A stretch of 50,878 nt of DNA, taken from the NCBI GenBank assembly GCA_964550695.1, contig CAZKCK010000006.1, positions 1,411-52,288 of the forward strand, written 5' to 3'. A program made the translations under genes and the position numbers. Below, piece by piece: positions 1-7,291 of this stretch. Every line of letters starts with the position of its first letter. Within the stretch, counting starts at the first letter, position 1. The notes under the pieces were generated by a model. The model did not search any database. It worked only from the letters and a program-made list of their open reading frames with translations, and was not told the DNA's origin. This DNA comes from an uncultured Bacteroidales bacterium (GTDB lineage: Bacteria; Bacteroidota; Bacteroidia; Bacteroidales; TTA-H9).

Positions 1-241
1 GTTCAAGCAGTGTGTGGGTAGAAAAATACAGATGGCTTACATCCACAAAGAGCAGATCTTTTACTGGCCCCCCGAATTGCTGTTTGATATGCTGCAACAA
101 TAAGGTCGTTTTTCCAGTTCCCCTTGCCCCGAGGATTGAAATCAGGCGGTGTTCCCAATTGATTTTTTGGAGCAGGAACCTTGAGAAACCTTCGGGTACC
201 TGCTTGAGTTTGATAGCATATATTTCAAAAAGTTGTTCCAT
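1..241 (-). CDS. AAA+ ATPase (AAA_14/DUF4143-type ATP-binding protein), N-terminal part; gene continues beyond the left edge
   Basis: My own translation of the minus strand from the ATG at 241 gives MEQLFEIYAIKLKQVPEGFSRFLLQKINWEHRLISILGARGTGKTTLLLQHIKQQFGG..., with Walker A GARGTGKTT. The track ORF 12..248(+) is its antisense shadow (GTG start). Confidence 0.75.
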   Translation of the reverse strand, partial: MEQLFEIYAIKLKQVPEGFSRFLLQKINWEHRLISILGARGTGKTTLLLQHIKQQFGGPVKDLLFVDVSHLYFSTHTLLE

Positions 242-242
242 A

Positions 243-297
243 TTGTAAAGTCTATTTTACAAAAGTAAGGTAAATTTGTTAAACCTACTTTACAAAA
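243..297. repeat. Copy 1 (degenerate) of a ~55-bp double-palindrome module
   Basis: TTGTAAA(243-249)/TTTACAA(256-262) and TTTGTTAAA(275-283)/CTTTACAAA(288-296). Same order and orientation as the module at 849-904. Confidence 0.6.
260..267 (-). promoter_or_regulatory. Candidate Bacteroidota -7 promoter box (TAnnTTTG) for the ATPase gene
   Basis: The minus strand reads TACTTTTG about 19 nt upstream of the ATG at 241. A second match, TAATTTTG, lies at 293-300. The -33 TTTG spacing is not ideal. Confidence 0.25.
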
Positions 298-614
298 TTA
301 TCGAAAGCTCTAAATTTTTTACCCATTAATGTCAATTTGAACCCACAAAGAACACCGATAATTGACTCAATTATATGATTATCAATTAAATTATGGATTG
401 AGCAGCAGAATCTGAATTATTGAAGTGTTGATATGAATTGGTTGGAAGCAAATAGAACAGGTTGTTTTCAATCAGTTCAAAAAGCCAAACAGCCATAGGG
501 GGATTGTATTCTTATAGCCAATTTCGATATCAACCACTTCTATGAAGGAGCATGAGTTATTTGTTGTTGAAGCCTTGCAGGTTAATTTACAATGTATTAA
601 TCGATTGTTGTTTG

Positions 615-736
615 AAAACAATCAATGCGCTGATCGTTTTATAGCAAAAAACGGTCAATGGACTGATTGTTTTTAAGGTAAAAAAGGTCAAAGCGTTAAC
701 CGTTTTTTCTGAAATGGTCACCCAAGTGATTGAATT
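615..736. repeat. Four phased (~32-33 bp) imperfect palindromes, consensus AAAACGGTCA-N6-TGAYYGTTTT
   Basis: Units: aaaacaatcaatgcgctgatcgtttt (615-640), aaaaacggtcaatggactgattgttttt (646-674), aaaaaaggtcaaagcgttaaccgtttttt (680-708), gaaatggtcacccaagtgattgaatt (711-736). Confidence 0.7.
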
Positions 737-848
737 ATAAGTCTAAGGTGTTGTTTATGTGTTTATTATAAAATTGGGTGTTCTACATGCAGATACAAAA
801 CAAGTTAAACTGGAGCACGAGGCTGCTTGTGCCTGGCAGTTTGCTGCA

Positions 849-904
849 TTTTGTAAAATGTGTTTTACAAAATCGGTGCAAATTTGTTAAAGCGGTTTAA
901 CAAA
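849..904. repeat. Copy 2 (perfect arms) of the ~55-bp double-palindrome module
   Basis: TTTTGTAAAA-tgtg-TTTTACAAAA (849-872) and TTTGTTAAA-gcgg-TTTAACAAA (883-904). Confidence 0.7.
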
Positions 905-945
905 AACATAAACACATTAGTAAACTTCTAAATGCTAAATAAAAC

Positions 946-1374
946 TCACTGAGCAATTCGATAACGGTTACTACCGCATCGTGAACATGGGATTTGAGGA
1001 TTATCGTCCTTCCCTAAATATTGGTCACATTTAGCACAATAAACATCTTTGATTTTGGGTCCGATAATATAAAGCAATATCCCGATACCTAAAATAGAAG
1101 CACCTACATACATCGTGTAAGAAACATCTTTCCATTGAGTTTCCTTAAAAAACAGTACTAAAATTAATGAATAACCGATAGGAATAAAAGAACCTAATAT
1201 TAAATATTGACCGATTATTCGACCTATGAATAGAGATATTACAAGAAATACTCCAACTAATATGTAATACCAACAGCTATAATACGGAAGTGCAAACTCC
1301 ATTCGCCAACTTAGGAATCCGATTATAATAAAAATTCCTGCTAAAATCCCAAAAATGAATTTAATAATGCTCAT
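946..1374 (-). CDS. Hypothetical membrane protein (about 4 TM helices) with C-terminal zinc-ribbon (CxxC...CxxC)
   Basis: ATG-started 142-aa ORF with four long hydrophobic segments. The tail is VYCAKCDQYLGKDDNPQIPCSRCGSNRY. I do not recognise the family. Confidence 0.55.
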   Translation of the reverse strand: MSIIKFIFGILAGIFIIIGFLSWRMEFALPYYSCWYYILVGVFLVISLFIGRIIGQYLILGSFIPIGYSLILVLFFKETQWKDVSYTMYVGASILGIGILLYIIGPKIKDVYCAKCDQYLGKDDNPQIPCSRCGSNRYRIAQ

Positions 1375-1434
1375 AATAATTTATTTTAAGATTTAAATTA
1401 ATCGATTTGTTAGATAAATTACATTATTAGTGTT

Positions 1435-1698
1435 TCAATATAAATTAAAAAGATTCAATTGATTAGAATTTTGCTCTTTGAAATTTTGTATATCGGAATT
1501 ATTAAACATATGATTTAGAGGATATTTGTAAAATTTGTCAATGCTTATGCCATGTAGCATTTGGTAAATCGATTGGGATAAACCTTGTGCAAAGGCATAA
1601 TTACCATGATTTACAATTGAATTGTTTGAAACAAAAATATTTCTGAAATCGTTTAGAACCTTAAATGCAGTATAATACCGATGTACAAATGATTTCAA
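1435..1698 (-). CDS. Hypothetical small protein (87 aa, TTG start)
   Basis: Only an ORF call. It has a non-ATG start and no recognisable motif, and it is co-oriented with its neighbours. Confidence 0.3.
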   Translation of the reverse strand: MKSFVHRYYTAFKVLNDFRNIFVSNNSIVNHGNYAFAQGLSQSIYQMLHGISIDKFYKYPLNHMFNNSDIQNFKEQNSNQLNLFNLY

Positions 1699-1911
1699 AG
1701 AACTTGTTTTTTAACATTGAATCGGTAAAAATGTTATTAAACAAAAATAAATCAGGCAATTTACTTTTCTTAAAAATATCTCAGGTAATGTATCAATCCC
1801 GCTAATTATAACATGAAGTAGGGGTAATTCATGACCAAACGAGAATCAACAATGTTTATAGTTTGAACAAGATGCTCTATTGCAAATCTTAAATTATTAA
1901 TGCTTAATCGA

Positions 1912-2667
1912 TTACAATTCCCCAATCGCCCGCTTCAACTCTGCCATCTGTTTCTCGGGAACCACGAACTCAATTTCTTCCCCGTCTTTTTTAAGCTTGC
2001 AGCGTTTGTTTACGCCTGATACCTTTACGAGGTAATCAGAATTGATGATGACTGAGCGGCTGATGCGGATAAATTGCTTGGGGAGCATGGCTTCAACAGC
2101 CCCGAGGTTCATCGAAACTACTTCTCTTTTTTGTTTGCTCAGATAAATCTCTGAATAATTGGCATCGGCTTCAATGTACATGATTTCAACAGGATGCAGC
2201 AGAATATAGGCAGAGCGGGTGTTGAACCGGATTTTGCGGTGGCTGTTCAGTTCGTTTTCGAGCAACTCCAGGCGGTGTTCGAGGTTGTGCTGAGGGTAAT
2301 CGGATTTTACTTTTGCAATGGCCTCGGCAAGTTCATCAGGATCAACGGGTTTAAGCAAATAGTCAAAGGCTCCGGCCTTGATGGCCTGAATGGCATACTG
2401 GTCAAAAGCTGTCACAAAAATGGTATAAGGTTTCAATCCGTTCATTTTCAACTGTTTCAGTACATCAAAGCCGGTTATAACGGGCATTTGAATGTCGAGC
2501 ATCAACAAATGGGGTTGCAACCTGAGCAGGGTAGCCACGGCCAACTGCGGATCGCTGATACCGGCAACTACCTTAACGCCGGCCATTTTTTCCAACATAA
2601 TGCGGAGATATTCTATTGCCCTGGGTTCATCATCAATGATTACCACTGAGAGTGTTTCGGAATTCAT
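1912..2667 (-). CDS. LytR/AlgR-family response regulator (receiver + LytTR DNA-binding domain)
   Basis: Receiver motifs VVIIDDEP, LMLDIQMP, TAFDQYA and DYLLKP. The C-terminal LytTR-like segment is IMYIEADANYSEIYL...RISRSVIIN. Confidence 0.9.
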   Translation of the reverse strand: MNSETLSVVIIDDEPRAIEYLRIMLEKMAGVKVVAGISDPQLAVATLLRLQPHLLMLDIQMPVITGFDVLKQLKMNGLKPYTIFVTAFDQYAIQAIKAGAFDYLLKPVDPDELAEAIAKVKSDYPQHNLEHRLELLENELNSHRKIRFNTRSAYILLHPVEIMYIEADANYSEIYLSKQKREVVSMNLGAVEAMLPKQFIRISRSVIINSDYLVKVSGVNKRCKLKKDGEEIEFVVPEKQMAELKRAIGEL

Positions 2668-2679
2668 GTTGCCAATGTT

Positions 2680-4809
2680 TTAGTTGAATACTTTTTTTGT
2701 CCCGGCAAGGTTAATTTTTTGCGGAATACCTATCACAACCCTTGTACCTGCAGGTTTTCTTTCTGCATCATACAAGTCGGTAATTTGTTCGGTAACCGGT
2801 GTTTTATTGTTGCGGTTCAATAAGTTGTAATACTGCCGCATGATGGTATTGCCACGCCCGGTTGAGGTTGAGGGGTTTCTGGATGCCTGTTCGCGGCCAA
2901 TCCCGTTATCAGTTATACTTATATAAATGTACTCGTGTTGAGCGGAAATTTCTATTTCAATCCTGCCGCCACACTTTTTGGGGGCAAGACCGTGTTTTAC
3001 AGAATTTTCGGCATAGTTCTGAATGCATGATTTCGGGACCTGTATGCCCTGATTCACTTCAGGATGAACTTGCACTGTGAATTCAAACAAGTCGCGGAAC
3101 CGGCATTTCTGGATTTCAAGAAAATTCACTGTAAAGTCAATTTCCTCCTTAAGCGAACGTGTAACTGATTCAGAAGAACTCAAGGTAGAACGCAGCAATC
3201 TGGAGAAGCGCATAAGCAGTGAACAGGCTTCTTTGTTGCGTCCCTGCATGATTACTGATTCAATGGTATTCAATGCATTAAAGGTAAAATGCGGGTCAAG
3301 TTGATTGCGGATGGAGAGCAACTGAAGTTCGGCTATTTTGAGTTGTGTCTCTGTTTTTCTGCGCTGCTGAAGGCGTTGCAAATTGCGCACCAGCAAAATA
3401 AAAAAGAACACACCAGCGTAAATTGCCAGATATACAGGATATTGCCAGTAATACAACTGATTAAACCCACACTCCATCACATATTGACGGCTATCAGCCT
3501 GAAAACAGAATTGCGGATTTTTACCCGTATGCTGAATGGTGAACAGTAACGGGATTGTAAATGTAACATGTGTCTTAAAATAAGCAGGGTAGGTGAGGTT
3601 GTTTCTGGTGATGGCCCACACATCAGGTTTAGCAGTACGAAACAACAATTCTTTGGTACCATCCAGATCGAAATCATATTGAAAAACACCTGCATCCCCA
3701 TTGAGAATTGAAGGACATAATACTTTATTTAACTGACAATCAAATAATTCAAATTTGCCAAAAGATTGATACAACAAAATACTATTTTTCTTTTCTGAAT
3801 CTGCAATTACCACGATATTATAATTTTCAGTCCGGTAATCAGAGGAGAATTCCCTTTGTCGCAATAAATTTCCTTTTGCATCATAGCATTTTAAGGCTGG
3901 AATACCAACGGCCTGCCCGGCATATTTACAGAAGGAAACCAATGAAATTTTACCCTGTTCGGTAATAAAACTATTGAATATTCCATTGAATTTACCTTGT
4001 GATACGATGGGTTTGAATAAAAACTGCAGGTTGTTATCCAGCACAATTACATAGGCACAAGTATCCTGCATGGGCAGGGTTTTATCTGTGAGGTTTCCCG
4101 GTCCATAATTGGTTACGGCTATTTCGTCCAATCCATCACCATCAATATCCGCTATATCAAATGGACCAATGTGGCCTCCAAGTTCCGGAGAAGAGAAAAC
4201 GCTGTCATGTTTCAGGTCATAAGCAAAAACTCTTCGTGGAGCTAAATTATAACCGGTGGAAATGGCAAAAACAATTTCTTTGTTTCCATCACCCGTGAGG
4301 TCAGTAACTTTTATTGCATGAAAAATAAAGTCATGTTGCCCCATATATGATTTGACTTTGGTTATGAAGCGATTATGAACATTGAATTTCCCTTTCGATT
4401 TGTAATCAATCCCATTCAGCAGCAATGAATCACCTTTTACTGTAAAAGCATAAATTTCGTCAATACCATCATTGTCAGCATCACCAACAAGACATTTAAC
4501 GCAGTTTGGCATGAAAGAACCTTCAAAATCATAATGAAAATAGACTCCTTTCTGGTTGCGAATAGCTACTGAAGAACCACCATTGGTATTTGCACTTGCA
4601 CTGTACCATTCTGAATTGCCATCATGGTCAAGGTCATAATGTTCGATGTTGGAATCAGTGCCGATTGTTTTCTCATATACCGGAAGAATCGTGTATTTAT
4701 CAAATAAATCAGGCACGACCCAAATAATGGCAATTGCCATTGGCAAGGCAAGTGTTGCTGGGTGTAGCAATATGCTGAACAGTAAACCTTTTACCCTGGA
4801 GTTGAGCAT
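2680..4809 (-). CDS. LytS/YehU-type sensor histidine kinase with large FG-GAP/VCBS-repeat periplasmic domain
   Basis: His_kinase signature NQLDPHFTFNALNTI and HATPase_c signatures ENSVKHG and DNGIG. Two TM segments flank about 430 aa containing DLDHDGNSE, DADNDGIDE, DLTGDGNKE, DIDGDGLDE and DFDLDGTKE loops. The stop lies 12 nt upstream of the regulator start. Confidence 0.85.
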   Translation of the reverse strand: MLNSRVKGLLFSILLHPATLALPMAIAIIWVVPDLFDKYTILPVYEKTIGTDSNIEHYDLDHDGNSEWYSASANTNGGSSVAIRNQKGVYFHYDFEGSFMPNCVKCLVGDADNDGIDEIYAFTVKGDSLLLNGIDYKSKGKFNVHNRFITKVKSYMGQHDFIFHAIKVTDLTGDGNKEIVFAISTGYNLAPRRVFAYDLKHDSVFSSPELGGHIGPFDIADIDGDGLDEIAVTNYGPGNLTDKTLPMQDTCAYVIVLDNNLQFLFKPIVSQGKFNGIFNSFITEQGKISLVSFCKYAGQAVGIPALKCYDAKGNLLRQREFSSDYRTENYNIVVIADSEKKNSILLYQSFGKFELFDCQLNKVLCPSILNGDAGVFQYDFDLDGTKELLFRTAKPDVWAITRNNLTYPAYFKTHVTFTIPLLFTIQHTGKNPQFCFQADSRQYVMECGFNQLYYWQYPVYLAIYAGVFFFILLVRNLQRLQQRRKTETQLKIAELQLLSIRNQLDPHFTFNALNTIESVIMQGRNKEACSLLMRFSRLLRSTLSSSESVTRSLKEEIDFTVNFLEIQKCRFRDLFEFTVQVHPEVNQGIQVPKSCIQNYAENSVKHGLAPKKCGGRIEIEISAQHEYIYISITDNGIGREQASRNPSTSTGRGNTIMRQYYNLLNRNNKTPVTEQITDLYDAERKPAGTRVVIGIPQKINLAGTKKVFN

Positions 4810-4863
4810 GGGGTACTTTTTTATCTTACAAAGATAGCTTTTTTTGATATATCAAAAAAAATC

Positions 4864-5496
4864 TTATAAAATACCTCTTACCGTTTTTTCAATTTTATTT
4901 TTTACCTGCTTCCAGGTCACTTTTTTAAAAACCTTAGGATTAACTTCTTCTTCAGCATCTTCAAAATAGGTCAAACTTTTAAGTATATGAAAATGGTCTG
5001 TAGTTGGAAATTTTTTAGTGAAAAAATAGAGCATCTCTTTGATTGTAAAGTGATTCAAAAGAAAATAGATGTCATAAAAATCTTTTTTGGCTCCTCGATT
5101 GGCAATGGCTGACAATTTCATCGGGATTATGTCGTGCATCGAAAGTAATCTAATCCCATCACTTTCAATCAAATTATCGATCAATACATAAGGATATTTT
5201 AAAATGTCAACTTTAATATACATGCCTGACATTAGCGGATAGTCAACATTCAATATCAAAGAGTTAGATTTTTGAAGCACGATTTCAAATTTAAAATCTT
5301 TTTGCAATTCAGTAACAATAAAGTTCGTTTCAAAATCATCGAAAGTAAAAAAATCCAAATCCACAGAAAGCCGATGACCTAACTGCAAGGCTAAGGCTGT
5401 GCCACCAACTAAATTAAATCGATCAAGGCATTTCTGCCGCATCATCAATTTCAATAATTCCAGAGTTTCTGCGTTGACTGCGGTGTATTGTAACAT
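4864..5496 (-). CDS. Nucleotidyltransferase AbiEii/AbiGii (DUF1814) toxin-family protein
   Basis: N-terminal ETLELLKLMM...NLVGGTALALQLGHRLSVDLDFF motif typical of AbiEii-type NTases; 210 aa. Confidence 0.7.
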   Translation of the reverse strand: MLQYTAVNAETLELLKLMMRQKCLDRFNLVGGTALALQLGHRLSVDLDFFTFDDFETNFIVTELQKDFKFEIVLQKSNSLILNVDYPLMSGMYIKVDILKYPYVLIDNLIESDGIRLLSMHDIIPMKLSAIANRGAKKDFYDIYFLLNHFTIKEMLYFFTKKFPTTDHFHILKSLTYFEDAEEEVNPKVFKKVTWKQVKNKIEKTVRGIL

Positions 5497-5738
5497 CTGA
5501 ATTGATTTTTAGACACATTGAAATATTTGCTGCAAAAATTGAGTGTGACTTTATCCAGACTTCTGCATTTTAGAGCTTCAGCTTTTATCCTGTCAATCCC
5601 ATAAAATGATTTTATCTCAAACCAGTCATTTACCGTACCTTTAGTAAGTACACGTTCAATAACCTGCCTTGCATTTTTTTCAAAATCAATTTCTTTAAAA
5701 TCAATATCCCAGAAAAGTACCGGATTTAATTTCAACAT
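5451..5738 (-). CDS. Small partner protein of the AbiEii-like NTase (DUF6922-like; putative antitoxin)
   Basis: 95 aa: LFWDIDFKEIDFEKNARQVIERVLTKGTVNDW...LNFCSKYF...FRCYNTPQSTQKLWNY. I recall this pattern upstream of Bacteroidota AbiEii genes. It overlaps the NTase ORF by 46 nt. Confidence 0.6.
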   Translation of the reverse strand: MLKLNPVLFWDIDFKEIDFEKNARQVIERVLTKGTVNDWFEIKSFYGIDRIKAEALKCRSLDKVTLNFCSKYFNVSKNQFRCYNTPQSTQKLWNY

Positions 5739-5964
5739 TTTACATATTTTTTGAGACGATAATTATTTGAAAATACCATTTTTTGTATAATAAGCACAAG
5801 CTATCAGATTTTCTTCTTTTCAAAATCCAAATATACGAAATCTCTTTTTTACATCCAAATCTTTTTTGTAAGTTGCCGACACATTTAAAGCTGTTCCTTT
5901 CAGGTTTAAAGCAGGAATCATTTTTTTAATAAGTAGCTGTATTTCATAATAATAATATAACAGA

Positions 5965-6900
5965 ATGACAAATCATGTATCCATTGGGGTTGATATTGGC
6001 GGCAGCCATATAACTGCTGTGGCCATTGATCCTGAATCGCGTTCGATGATCACCGAATCGACGAACAGAAATTCAATTGATTGCAACGGAAGTGCAGATG
6101 AAATTCTTGCAGTATGGGCCGAAACGCTACAAAAAACCATGGAAACCGTTAAAGATAAACATATTACCGGAATTGGTTTCGCCATGCCGGGTCCGTTTGA
6201 TTATCCGGCTGGAATTGCACGGTTTGAAGGCGTTCAGAAGTATGATCATTTAAATGGTGTAAATGTACGTCAGGAACTGGCCCGGAGGCTGAAAATCAGC
6301 AATGCTAACAGTCTGAGGTTTATGAATGATGCAACCTGTTTTGCAGTGGGTGAGGCCTGGATGGGTGAGGCAGCCAATTATGCCAGAGTGATGGCAATTA
6401 CGCTTGGGACAGGTTTCGGTTCTTCATTTCTGAAAGATGGTATTCCGGTTGAATCCGGACAGGAGGTGCCTCCCATGGGTTGCGTTTACCATTTGCCATA
6501 CAATGAGTCGATAGCAGATGATCATTTTTCGACCCGCTGGTTTCTGAGTAAGTACAAAACTGCCACCGGACGCGAGATTGAAGGTGTAAAGGAGATGTCA
6601 GATGCATACCAGCAGGAGCCCATCATTCATGCCATTTTTGCAGCGTTTGGGGGTTCACTGGGTCTGTTTCTGGCGCCCTGGCTCAAAAAGTTCAATGCCG
6701 GATGTCTGGTGATCGGAGGAAATATTTCGAAGAGTTATTCACTATTTGAAGATGGGCTGCTACGTTCATTTAAAATAGAAGGACTTGAAAATCTGCATAT
6801 TTATGTTTCAAATCTCGGTGAAGATGCCGCCCTCGCAGGAAGCTCAAGGCTTTCGGATGATGCCTTTTACCGTAAACTGGATACATCTGCGATAAAATAG
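5965..6900 (+). CDS. ROK-family sugar kinase (hexokinase/mannokinase-like)
   Basis: IGVDIGGSHITAVAID phosphate-1 motif, MNDATCFAVGEAWMG, ITLGTGFGS and VIGGNISK. Confidence 0.85.
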   Translation: MTNHVSIGVDIGGSHITAVAIDPESRSMITESTNRNSIDCNGSADEILAVWAETLQKTMETVKDKHITGIGFAMPGPFDYPAGIARFEGVQKYDHLNGVNVRQELARRLKISNANSLRFMNDATCFAVGEAWMGEAANYARVMAITLGTGFGSSFLKDGIPVESGQEVPPMGCVYHLPYNESIADDHFSTRWFLSKYKTATGREIEGVKEMSDAYQQEPIIHAIFAAFGGSLGLFLAPWLKKFNAGCLVIGGNISKSYSLFEDGLLRSFKIEGLENLHIYVSNLGEDAALAGSSRLSDDAFYRKLDTSAIK

Positions 6901-6976
6901 GAAACAAAGTGGGGGAGTAACAAGTGACTCGTCTTGCTGAAAAATGTATTTTTTTTTATGAGTACATTATCCCATC

Positions 6977-7025
6977 AGGCAATAGGCAATAGGCAATAGG
7001 CACTAGGCACAAGGCATTAGACAAT
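6977..7025. repeat. Heptanucleotide tandem repeat (AGGCAAT)x7, degenerating 3'-ward
   Basis: aggcaat aggcaat aggcaat aggcact aggcaca aggcatt agacaat. Confidence 0.9.
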
Positions 7026-7134
7026 CACTCTTCAAACAATGATCTTTAATTTTCCTATAATCCCATAAGCACATGAACACATGAGCACATTAACTCATTA
7101 TCTCATGAATCCCATAAGCACATTATCTCATTTT

Positions 7135-7213
7135 CACATCTTCACATTTCCATATTCTCACATCTTCACATTTCCATATCTTCAAATCTTCACATTTCCA
7201 TATTCTCACATTT
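7135..7213. repeat. 24-bp tandem repeat, about 3.3 copies (CACATCTTCACATTTCCATATTCT)
   Basis: Units at 7135-7158, 7159-7182 and 7183-7206, plus a partial unit. They are preceded by a 16-bp direct repeat aatcccataagcacat at 7059-7074 and 7108-7123. Confidence 0.9.
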
Positions 7214-7291
7214 TTCCTGACTTATTAAAATATTTTATAATTTAGCCCAATCCAAATTGAATTATCTCTAACCACTAACAATCAACCAGCT

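Noticed and set aside
12-248. Track ORF of 78 aa on the + strand at the left edge.
   Set aside because: It has a GTG start and odd composition (CC, W-rich). The opposite strand encodes a clean Walker-A ATPase N-terminus, so this is an antisense shadow ORF.
542-676. 44-codon ATG ORF running through the palindrome array, with 11-residue repeats.
   Set aside because: It is too short. The repeat periodicity of 33 bp is automatically in frame, and the third repeat lies beyond the stop. I kept it as an alternative explanation inside a finding and did not call it a CDS.
2194-4837. Many 60-150-aa ORFs antisense to the LytTR and kinase genes. Similar antisense ORFs lie inside the GH38, hybrid kinase, porin, pyrD/pyrK, LruC, gnd and pgl genes.
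   Set aside because: All lie fully inside longer ORFs on the opposite strand that have strong family motifs. Their sequences are low-complexity or biased, which is typical of shadow ORFs.
6977-7213. Possible CRISPR array, because of the regularly repeated short units.
   Set aside because: The units (7 bp and 24 bp) are contiguous with no unique spacers. They are far shorter than CRISPR repeats, and no cas genes are present. They are simple tandem repeats.
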